A stretch of 60,694 nucleotides of DNA, counting the filler, from Circinaria calcarea (taxonomy: Eukaryota), in assembly GCA_051942165.1 (NCBI GenBank). It is 5 parts of 5 records of this genome, joined end to end, with 100 filler letters (N's around TTAATTAATTAA, not from the genome) between each part and the next. Parts side by side here need not be neighbours in the genome. Positions count along the whole stretch, not along the records: positions 36,509 to 48,566 come from JAVECS010000615.1; positions 48,667 to 60,694 come from JAVECS010000616.1; 3 more parts are not named here. One strand, given 5' to 3'. How positions within the stretch are numbered: position 1 is the first letter of the stretch; each line of letters starts with the position of its first letter. The notes under the pieces are model-generated. The model did not search any database. It had not been told where the DNA came from and worked only from the letters and a program-made list of their open reading frames with translations. Position numbers and translations under genes: made by a program. Positions 42,901 to 54,118 of this stretch are shown here, one piece after another.

Positions 42901-45900
42901 TTGGAACGGCCCCGGGCTTTTGGTGTGAGAGATGTATACTTTCCGTAGAGTGTATAGAGAAGGGAGTAAACGTAAAGAAAACTTAGTGCGTCGTCGAGGA
43001 GTTTTGCTCCTGATGTCAGGTTTTACCTTCCACTGTGAAACTGTCTTCCTTTCCAGTTTCATTCTTCAAAGTAACGTAGGGAGCAGACACCTCCTATCTT
43101 ATCTTATCTTCTTGAGGCTTAAGATTACGAGCTGCTCTCTCGGGACCTTCTCCCATTCCATTTTCGTATCTTGAAAGTAAGTTCGCGGCCCTTCGACAAC
43201 TCGTCTCGGGTCCGGTAAAGTTCACACTTTTTCATCGTCGTGGATAGTTTCAATCTGAGCATTAGTGTTACTAATGGAGGTTGCTTCTGCCTAAGAGAAT
43301 GTTGTCTGACATCGCTTCGGTATTGTCCAAGAATGCCCAGCAGTTCTGATTAGATAAATTATAAACTGAATAAAGTATAGTACGCTTCAGGGCAAGCTCG
43401 GATAACTGGTTTTTCTCGTCTCGTACGCCCTAAAGAATACCCAAAGCGTCATCTCGGAGTGATTCGACTTCAGACTTGGTAGATTGCCATGATGAATGGA
43501 GCGTCTCTCGAGAGACATTCAAGTGCGACTTGGATGTCGTAATTAAATAAAGAGCAAGAGACAAGTTATGGTTGAATTTGGTTTTTCTGGCTTCATGCTC
43601 AAGTTATGCAGTCTTTAGTTTCTCCTATTTAGTTCCCAAAGCTCAGTGGCTTTATTCTCGCGGGTGGTGATTTGATCATCACGATAATCGAGGTCAAGAC
43701 ACTTCTGGTTTGCTCTTCTTTCAACAGCTGCAACTTGCAGTTCTCACTGCCTAACTCCATTAGAGCAGAGTTGTAAGGAAGATAAATTATTAACCGATCT
43801 CTCCAAGGAATGCGTTTGTGTTTCCATGGCAGTACGAGCAGTATGCTTGCCATCGTGATTCTTGATAGAATTCTTAGTGACTAATACCTCTCACCTTCGT
43901 CATCCAGCTAATCTCAAACAGATAAAGCCCCATCAGCTTCAGTCGTCTCGAAGGTAGACTCTAGGACTCGAGGCAGTGTAGATTTCGTGGACGCGATACC
44001 GGGGTTCGTTGCTAATGGCCTGTTGACTTGGGGCTCTATGCGATTCGGAAAACGAGCGAGCATTTTTTGCCAACTGAGCGCTGTCTTAAGTCTGATCCGC
44101 CTCTTCTGTAAAGGCTAGGTAGTGAGGAGAACTATCAGCTTTTTATTATACTAAATCCCCGCTATTAATAAGAAGTCCAAATTTGCGTTGCCTGTCGATT
44201 GAAAGGATGGATAAGCGGCCACGATGGATTCGTCCAGGTGATTAGAATTTTAACCTCCAAGGGAGTATTTGCTTCCGCAACTCCATAGGCGAGATTCTCC
44301 AGTCGAGACTTTAAGGGCCTTTCGTATTAAGCCGCGTGCGATTCCCTCCTATTTTCCCCCAATAACAAAATCGAAAATGATGACGAAGCGATGGCTAGGA
44401 TAGAACAGATTATTGTCTTCCTCGTTGATCATAAGCTTGGCCGGGTCGAAATATTGTAATAGTCTCAGCGCTGACACTCGATGGTAATTTGTGAATCGTC
44501 AATGTATTTATACATCCCTAGTAAAAATCAAGACATACTTCTTCATGGTTTTCCATGGCCACCAGGTCTTCGCCTGGAGCACCTTTCTGTTTGACGATAT
44601 TAGGGATGGCCTTTAAGAATCGAGAAATTGCTAAGTTCTTTGTCTCTTTTAGTTGAAACCCTTTCGAGATTTATAAGAAAACCCAGAGGGCCGCTCCTGG
44701 CTCAGATTTCCAGATTCGACTCCCCCAGCCTTTTTGGTGAATGATAACCCTTGGTCGATATCCAGATACCCGTGCGCGGGTTTGAGGATACATGTAGGGA
44801 GGTTTCTAGCAGCCATAGTATCAATATCCTCGCCAAGAAACACAACCTCTGAACTCTTTTCGACCGTTAAATAAGTTCGGAGTTCGTTTAAATGTAGCAA
44901 TATACCATCCCGGTTCTGGATCAGTTTTTCCCGATCCCATTTGCCCTGCAGTTTTTTGTGGCGACATTGTAGTTGGACTATTCATCACTTATGTATATCG
45001 ATGCCTGATTGTATCTAGCCCGGCGGCATATTGTAGCGCTGATTTGGTGAATACCGGATCCTTTTGGACTAACTAGGCGACTATCCCTTCGCTCCTATCT
45101 TCTTTTTCGGCCACCTCAATTACCCGTCCGTCTTCGATTTCAATCTCAGCAATCCTATCGGCCAGTTCCACGGCGTGGACCGACATCTCTACCTAAGCAA
45201 ATTCACAAGCGTTCTTATCTAGTTCGGCGGCATCGTCGTCCTCATCGTCCTCGTCGCCATTCGTCCTGGTTTTATACCAGTACCTCGGTGCTTTCTTCTT
45301 CTTCCCATCCCCAAACTTCTTTCCGAGGTCTCCAGTGGGAAGGCAACGCGTGATGCAGAGCAGGTAGGTATATGGGCGGTTCAGACCTCGACAGCAATTG
45401 CACCTGTCTCCCTGACTAGAGCAACGAAAGCCCGAGATCTCATGGATTTGGCGGATATGCATTGCTCCTAAGGCTTCTGTATCAAATCCCATGTAAAATC
45501 CAGGCCACAAACAGAGGTTTTTACGATCTATATGCACATCGTGAAGCTCATCTTCCTCACAAGGAAGTGCAGCCTTCTTTTCTGGTCGAACTCCTCATAC
45601 ATCCTGGCTATTCACATCCTTGAGCTGGTCATCATCCCCAACCATTTAACCCCAGAAAAGGTGGCTAATCTACGAATTCTTTTCTTCAACTCTACCCTCA
45701 ATCTTATTCCTTATGAATGTGCATCGGATTGTTTGGGTCGTAGAATGGCGTTACCACAGTACCACGCTCTTCCGCAGTGTTGGACGCTCTATTGACCTTT
45801 AGTCGCTTTAAGTTGACTGCAATCGACCCTTCTTATCTTAGTAAGCCTACCTGAAAGCCCAAATTAGTCAGGTAACCCTCATATGCCACAATATGCAAGG

Positions 45901-46700
45901 CCTGCCTAGAAGATTAAACCTTTCTATTTCTTTTGAATGCAGAAGTGCTGTAGGGCTCCAGCCATTGGTTATATTTTCGGAGCTGATGTGGCCATATACA
46001 AGGCCATGTCTGCTCCATCACTGTACGCCAGGTTTTCACCGCCAACCATGCCATACGTCGGTCACGGCTAATGGATTCCCGAAGCTTTGACAGTCAGTCT
46101 TCAGCACCGGCGTATTCTTTCGCCTGTTTACCACGAGTTGACTGGGCGTATAGCTCGGCGTCATTATCGCTTGGAAAAGACAGGCCTGGGCGGGGTATTC
46201 TTATTGCCTATGATAGTAGGTAGCTCCGCAGTCTTGATATTTTTCATAGAATCCGTTGATGAGTTGGGCATTGAGCCCAATAAGCCGGGCCTCTCGCCTT
46301 ACTCAATGCCTCTATCTGATTTCACACTTGATAAAACGCAGAACGTTGAGGCATGCTGATCAGATCTTAAGTTCTCCCTTACTCTGCCAACCAGAAATTT
46401 TATCCGATGAAGTTGTGATAGGTATTTGTTGTAATGGAGATTCAAGTCTCAAGGTAATTACCACGATCAGAAGCAGGCGCGGTAGAGACATCCTCAAGAC
46501 CGCTCGCACCAATAGGTATATACAACGAGAAGAGAAGATTCATCTAGATCCAAGAGTCTTGCCTGAGAATATCCCCTATTGTACGAGCGGCTGATCTTGG
46601 TGTGCTTCATCCCAAATTGTGTTTTCCACCCGGAAAATTCACACGGGATGAATATATTAGGTGTAAGTGAGTTGGGGGAGAATAACCTTCCCGTAGGAAG
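36912..46700 (-). pseudogene. Island of several degenerate, unidentified gene relics
   Basis: No intact ORF above ~120 aa. Protein-like minus-strand frames are broken mostly by TAA/TAG (e.g. 41435-41163 and 41150-40968 are one frame split by TAA). A residual GTAAGT...CTAA...TAG intron lies at about 38867-38926. Boundaries are approximate. Confidence 0.55.
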
Positions 46701-47859
46701 TCAACATCATTGCTCTCAAGAAATGCCGGCAACGTAGCAAAATGCCTTGAGCGCGAGGGTCCAGAGCATGACTTGAAAATATTTATCTCGAAGCCCGAGA
46801 GTGCCGTGAAGCTATAACACTATATAGTTAGCCAGGCGGCAACACCCCATCCACGGAAAGAATCAGCCGATGAGGAAAGTAAAGCTTTAGAACAAAAGGG
46901 AAAGAAAACGACCAAAGGGAAGCGGATATACTGACTATTTACTATCGGAGATTAAAGGAAGGACCAAAAGAGAGATGGATAAATCGTGTGATCATATATA
47001 CACCTACTTCCAGCCCCTGATTCCAGTTAGGGTTAAACAAAGGCAAAGGCAAAAGCCAAGTGGCAGGACACCAATCTAGCGTCCCCTTATTCTAATTCCC
47101 TGCAGTGTGCTTCGACTAGCCTTTCGTTGCAGAGAAGGAGTGATGAAAGTAGGTTTGTGAGACAGGTGCCATCAACGCAAAGAGAGCGAGATGAGCTAGA
47201 ACCCGGGATGATGTGAAGATATTAGATATGTACATATCGAAGCTGGATCGCTAGGCTAGCTGTGCTCAGATAGTATCAAACATTCCACAAGAGCCTTTCC
47301 AGATCCCCTCGACGGATTCCTGGTGGTAGGCACACACCAGCGCCATCCCTCTCATAGCAAACTCCCCAAGCTCACGCCACCGACGTCCATTCCTACCCCA
47401 CGCCCCATCTTCATCTGTCAGCTAAATCCCATGAATCAACATAAGCGTCCGATGCACCAAGTTGTGCAAACCCCACCGTACACCATAATACCCTCAAGGC
47501 TTATACATGCAATGCGATACCGATGTAAGCGAACGCCGAGCAAGAACGGTTTGGATATAGCGCAGAATAGATTTCGGCCGACTCCACCTTAGGAGAGAAT
47601 ATGTATAAACGCCAGGGCGATGCAGATACTAATGCAGAGAACGATGCAGAGGCGGTGTATCCTAACGCCTTGGAATGCGGGGGTTGATCAAGAGGACTGT
47701 CCAGGGATCGCAATGTCCTTTCCAACCATGCGACAACGAGATAGCTTGGGCGAAACCGACAAGACTGGACTTGCTCTTGTCATCCGGCGAGTCACAGATA
47801 CCGATACAATCGTCACATCCGCAATGGCGCAAGTCAAAAACAGAAGCTCAGATGGACAG

Positions 47860-48566
47860 TCAATGACCTTCCCGTGGCGGTTGATCAGATCCGGGTTCTC
47901 CAGGCCCAGGTCTCGTCGTTCCGTTTTCCCCTCGTGCTGCGTTCCAGGCGGGTGAGCCGCTTTGCCGGGCAGGAAGCTTTTGCTCACTTCCAGGTGAAAG
48001 GGCGCTGCTAGGGGAAGTAGGGATCATTTCTTCAATCTGAGCAGCCAGGGATTGCACAACGTAGCCACGGAGCTCTTTCTCTTCTCGCTCGTCTTCCTTG
48101 ATGAGTCGTCTTTTCTCTTCCTTTGACAGCCCGTCGCGTCTCATCTGCTTTAACTCGTTCATGATGTATAGGAGGACCTCCTCTGGAGCGCGATTACGAT
48201 CCAGACCTTGAGATGCAGGATTGCGGACATAGCGACGGGTGACATCAGTGGCACCATCGATTGAGAAGGCGATGCAGTAGGACATTTTCTTGGCCCATCC
48301 TAGTCATCGTCAGTGACCACTGAATCACTTGAAAGAGCAAGTGTGCTAGGGCCAAGGTTAGGTCAAGCTTACCTTCACTATAAAGCCGCGGGGTATCCCA
48401 TGCTTCTTCGCAAGCGTCGACGTGAATCCATCTCTTCTGCTGCTCCGAGTACACCTCCGTCCATACGTGATCTTCGGCATTCCATACCCACCTAACTCGT
48501 CCTCCGACAGCGCGACAAAGCATGCTGAAGCAGTTGGCCCATTCCCCACACCGGCCCCGACGTGAC
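47860..48566 (-). CDS. PNG1: Peptide-N-glycanase Png1, 3' part (5' truncated)
   Basis: [20 protein letters not shown]...[15 protein letters not shown]...[44 protein letters not shown]. Confidence 0.93.
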
Positions 48567-48666
48567 NNNNNNNNNNNNNNNNNNNNNNNNNNNNNNNNNN
48601 NNNNNNNNNNTTAATTAATTAANNNNNNNNNNNNNNNNNNNNNNNNNNNNNNNNNNNNNNNNNNNN
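48567..48666. other. Artificial contig-joining spacer
   Basis: N44-TTAATTAATTAA-N44. Confidence 0.98.
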
Positions 48667-48868
48667 GGGGAGGGGGTTCTTCTTTTTGGGGGAAAAACGA
48701 ACCGTTAATTCCAATCTGCTGCCCCGGGGTAATGGTCGTGTTTCCGAACGCGAGGCCGAGGTTTGCAAAGGTGCTGGGCGTGAAGTTAGGCGGGGTTTGC
48801 GCTTGGACGGCGGTTGGGGATGCTAGGAGGAGGAGGAAGGAGATTGTCGTCGCGAGGGCGGAATACAT
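48667..48868 (-). CDS. Secreted protein N-terminus, probably PEBP-like (3' truncated)
   Basis: Signal peptide MYSALATTISFLLLLASPTAVQA followed by QTPPNFTPSTFANLGLAFGNTTITPG, resembling fungal secreted PEBP-family N-termini. Confidence 0.55.
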
Positions 48869-49329
48869 GATGCGTCACTCGAGGTTCTTTCTTCGTAGAA
48901 ACCAATAATAAAAATAAAAATAAACAAAAGCAAGAGGGGGGTTCTCGAGAGGGGAATGATATAAAACCAGAGTGGAGTGAATATACACACCCAAAAGCCG
49001 AGTTTTTCTTTCCAAAACTTGCCTTGTCCCTATTTATACGATATACTTTTGTGGCTTCCCAAGAACATACAAAGAAAGAAAAGAGACGGGCAGGTAGCAA
49101 TTAAATACCAAGGCCCAGGGTAACATACTTACTCTGTACGGTAGCAGGCAAAAACAATTCGTAAGCGCTGCACATCTCGGCAAGGGGGGTGAAATCTCTT
49201 GCCTTTTTTACTCAGTGATGCCACATAAATCTATGCACGGACTATTTAATCAATTTGTGCTATCAGGGGCTAGTATATAAAAGCAGCATTGCCGAGCCTG
49301 CCAAGACGCCGCGAATTGTTTTTGCCTGC

Positions 49330-50018
49330 TACGGGTAGTAGAGGTTACGACTTTAATGGGAGACTTTTACCATAGCGCCTTGGCGAGTGTGATAATAGAT
49401 GGCGACAAGATATGATAAACCTCGCCTAATACAGAGTAGTCTGTGTTTTAATACCAAGCTATAATATAAAACATGTATACAAAACATGATGGAAATTTCC
49501 ACGGGTATTTTCTATCTAGAATAAAAAATAACGTCGCGATTTCTATCAGTGGAAAGGTGGTGGCGATTTTTATCAGTAGAAGGTGGTCACAGGGCCCAAC
49601 AGGTTTATTTCTTTTCTTTTCTCCTTGCCGCCTTTTAGCTTGCTTACCAGGGGCCGATTTCTATATGTTGAAGATCAGGCGTTTTTTAGGTCTTCGATAT
49701 TACACACGGTCGCATAAGAATTCCCATAGCAAAATCTATAATAAATTAATACTATAGCGGTCCGCCCATATAGTCCTTAGGAATAAGGGCCTGCCTTTAA
49801 GATAAATAACATATATATATCCCACAGGGTGATTGATAATCCTGTCAGCGTAAACAGGAGCGAGTTAATAGAAGATAGAAGGGCTATAGAATTCCATCAT
49901 GTTCGCATACAGTTTTATATTATGGCTTGGTATTATAACACAGACTATTAGGCGAGGTCTACCATCGTACTCGCCAAGGCGCTAAAAGTCTACCATTAAA
50001 GTCGTAACCTCTACGGTA
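49330..50018. mobile_element. Non-autonomous DNA transposon/MITE with long imperfect terminal inverted repeats
   Basis: 49338-49494 matches the reverse complement of 49892-50014 (GTAGAGGTTACGACTTTAATGG...GCGCCTTGGCGAGT...CCTCGCCTAATA...AATACCAAGC.ATAATATAAAAC...ACATGATGGAA). The core is AT-rich and non-coding. Confidence 0.8.
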
Positions 50019-50605
50019 GTATGAAGTTTACTTTCCCCACCCCCCCCATGCCAAACCAAAAATGCCCGTCATAGATATCCTTGCCCAGAACCTTTGACCT
50101 AGTTATTCCAACTACCGGTAGAGATTTTAGTTCCATCTCCCGAGCTCGCAGTGGAGATGAGTTGCCGTCATCATTTATCTCCACCAAGGCAGGCTGAAAG
50201 TGTACCAGGGTGCTAGGGTCATGCTGCTAGCTCCGATCGTACCTGCATGCCTTACGCGTCATAGCTCCGATTTGGAAATGCGTGGTCAATGCGGATGTCA
50301 CACATGGCAAAGTGTTTGCGTGTCTGATGATGTCGTGGCCAAGCGAACTTGCTGATTTGATTGAACAGAGGGCCTTTCTATGTTGGCAATGAAGACAAAG
50401 GCTCTATGCCCACCGAGAAGCAAAATACCGACAACGCCGTCGCTGTGTGCTGCACACGAATAAATGCTGAACCATCAGCGTACCGAATCTCCCATCAGCC
50501 ATGATGCGCAACCGGAAGCACCTATAGATTGATATGAACCACCGATATGCAAACGTGAATCATTTATGCTCCTGCCTGAGATTGTTCCCACCAAACATGC
50601 AAAGG

Positions 50606-52618
50606 TTAAAATAGCATCAACATAGCGCTCATAATGAATGCACCGAAAGCAAGACCATTGCCCCTAATCCGCATTCCCTCGCTCGTCGCGTTGACACTCA
50701 CTGCCGTGAGCAGGAGTTTCGGGTCATACTCGGCCGGTCTCGTACTGTTGACTGTCCCGTCCCAGCAATACCTGTCCATACATTGCCTGCACACATCCGG
50801 TATCGTAGTCCCTGTCCTCTCCATACTGCGACTGAGGATGGCGCATCCAACGCAGGTAGGCCATTGCGCATCTGTTGTCGCATTCGCCATCGTTGCCACA
50901 TAATACCCGTTCTCCACAATCGCATTACGCTCGGTGTTGTTATAGCTTGGGTCAAAGGTGGAGACGTTGGAGTAGTACACATAGGGTGCATTAGGAATAT
51001 AGACGATCAGCGGGCTAACTTCAGTCAGATTTGAGGAGTCGCATCCGAAAAAGGTTGGACGAGTATTGAGGCCTAGATTCACAAAGGTGTTCTGGTCAGG
51101 AATGGACGGAAAGACCGTGCCATTAGCAATTCCTGTAGAGTTAAGGGAGCGCTCGTAAGTCGCCACTAAAGCTGTCCCGTTGGGCCAATTGTAGTTCGTG
51201 TCTGCACTGCTATCAATGGCAAAGATTATATCCACGTCACGGAATGGCTGTATGAGAGGATGAAGGGGAATATTCTGTAGGTCCTCGCCGCCGTCCACTA
51301 AGGTCAACGTAGTGGACTGTGCGCTCTCCGATGTTCCGTTCCGATATTGATAAAAAGGGTTTGGTTCATAACTGGCAATGTCGTTGTTGTCTTCACCAAT
51401 ACTGCCGAGGGCGTTGGCCAGTGCTGACCGGAACGGCGACGGTATGTTACTATTGTTGATTTGGAGTAAGAATGAATTGAAAAGTGAGGAAGAGGTTCCC
51501 ATAATAAACCCAGCATTGTCGTAACCACGAACGCATTGCTCATTGTCTGGGAGAACACCGCCGGAGAAATTTGAGCCTAGATATTCCAACGGAACAAAAC
51601 CGTACGTGGTCGGATCGAAGGATCCGAGCTCCCATGGATTGAATTCGTACACCGTAGTATTTCCAGTGATCAAAAGCTCTCCAGGGGCACGGCCGTCAGC
51701 TACCAAGATGGGCATAGGCGTACTGCCGCTTGAGAAGCTTTCTTCCAAGGCGATGGAAGACCACGTGTAACCAGGGCCACCGTTTGTCGCATTTACGAGC
51801 TGGAATGACAGAGCACGACCCCAATAGTCCGTGATAGAGGTTGCGAAATTAGTCGTCTTGCCCTGAACATCATTGTATATGGTGTTATAGTAGTCCGCCG
51901 TGTTAAGCAGTTGGATACCGCCCTGGTCTGGGCCCTTGAATATCGAGTTCCCAAATTCCCATACGGTGCTTGTGTTATCGTTGAGAAGGGCAGTAATAGT
52001 CGTAAAATTGTTCACGAAAATGCTCCCTGTCAGCCATCCGCCACCACTAAGCCCAGCCCAGTATGTTGCAGATTGTATTAACCCTCCGAGGTGCCCAACA
52101 GCCGATGAATTCGCTTCACGGGAATCGAAAGCTTGAAAGACACCTGCACCGTTGAGACAGGCTCGGTATCCACCTCCTGATACTCCTATGGCAATATTCG
52201 GTAGTGCAGAGGAATTGCTTTGGTGGTTGTTGAAGTAAGCGTTGACATCAAAGCCTGAAATGTTCAGTCGACCAAGTAATGCCTGCATCGCTGGTATAGT
52301 ATTTGTTCGACGTGACTCGAGCCATGATGTCTCCTGTGGTGACAGACCTGTCGCAGCACGTATGGATGGTCTTATGGATGGACAATTCCCTTCTACAGGC
52401 GTGTATCCATTGGGAGCATTTGGAAGAGCGCGTACTTCTAAGGCTACTGATGCAGTTACTGCCTTAACATCGAAACCGGCCTCTCGTTCGGCTATCGAAT
52501 AAGCTACTTCATGTCAGTGACTGGAGCCGTTTCCGAGTCTCTGCTGTTGGGAGCCTTGCTTACCATGACACGCGACAACAGCTCCGAAAAGGAGCGTTTT
52601 ACTCAACCGTAGCCTCAT
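50606..52618 (-). CDS. PLB1: Lysophospholipase / phospholipase B (PLA2_B family), secreted, probably GPI-anchored
   Basis: Signal exon [36 protein letters not shown], catalytic GLSGG, LVDGGED, and a hydrophobic C-terminus. Confidence 0.93.
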
Positions 52619-54118
52619 TGTACGTGAATGCGGTAAGATGGGATACTGGAACAATTAGACTTTAAGGCAGAGTTTTGAAATGATAATCCTTTTGGAAAAT
52701 GGTAGTTAAGGTAATTATCTAAACTTGTTTATGCAAAAGATGTGACGTATGCTCCAAGGCACAAGGTTATTTTTAGTTTCCTCCTCACGGTGGGATTCAT
52801 GCTCACTTCACCCCTTGCGATTAATACAATCTATTTACAAGCTCGCAAATAAAGCGCTTTGGCACTAAAGCGCGCCTAAGCCACGGGTACATATACGGTG
52901 TACCTGCATATTCATCGTTGCGATGATCCATAGGTCTTAGTGGGTGACCTTCCACCTTCGCAGATCAGATCTCGGTCCTCCGCACATGGAGTTTTGCATT
53001 AGTTTCGGGAAGTTGTTCCGAGGCATTATGAACAGTAGCGATTAGCCCAGGGCTGCAAATATTTAAAGGGAGGTCAGAGTATCTTGGAAGTCTTCCCTTC
53101 TCTCGGCTTCTAATTTCCGTGACTCCCTTAACTTCCCTGCTTGATAGATCTCTGTCAACCGGTAGTATCAGCTAGGCGACCCCTTATATCCATACGTTGA
53201 AAGAAAATGAGCGATAGGGAAGGAAAGGGGTGCAAAAAATGCGCTGAGATACAGTCTTGGGTAATGATGCTTTGACAACGGGACTCAAGGCAGAATCAGG
53301 TTGGTAGTGTATTTCAAGTCAATGGGCTTTTATGCATCCTGATTCTACCATCGTCGTGGAAACGTTTAATTTTACCCACACTAAGATGCTTCTATCTCAT
53401 CCAATATTAGTACAAATCGCCTGCCAGTGTGGCGTGGACAGCTCTTCTTGTTGTGTTTGTCACTGGGTTCGGCTCATTCGTCGAGGTGTTGTATGTTGCG
53501 GTTGGATCCACGACCCGGGGGTGTCATGACTGGATTCGCACGCAAGATGCCGAAGGATTGGAATGAGAGAAAGTTCTGCGATGCCAGTATCTTGTGATGC
53601 CGGTGCTAGCGATAATCATAGTACTGGTTGATACACCTGAGGTTGCGGGCAATACGATGGTGTTTCTGACATGGGAGAAGAGGGAGTGGTGGCTGGGAGG
53701 GAGGTATTTAAGTTGCGCTTGGGACACGGAGGAATTCCTAGGAAAGAAGGAAGAGATTATTAAGAAAGATCTTTTGAGATTCAGGATGGCGTTCTGAAAG
53801 CATAGATCGTTCATATAGCACGTAAATATAGCGTGACGAGAACTACCATATAGCGGAGACTGCTTTCTACAGAAACCAGTATTACTGCATGTTTGGTTCA
53901 GAGGGCCTGCCAAGCACCAGGATTAATCCATCCATAGTATTAACGCCCTGACATTTATCAATCTAGTAAAAGCCCTTCCTTTTGCAGTCTTCGATCCCCA
54001 AGGTCATCCTCTCGTTAAATCTCTAAATTGTCTTGGCATGACAAGGCAGGTCATGGTCACAGAGCCTTTTAATGCAACAAGCTCGTATGCCATACTCTCA
54101 ACAACTCCCAAAGACATC

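Noticed and set aside
47601..47687. MYKRQGDADTNAENDAEAVYP peptide as a Kex2-processed RiPP precursor
   Set aside because: There is no signal peptide, repeat structure or DUF3328 neighbour, and it is antisense to the likely PNG1 3' UTR.
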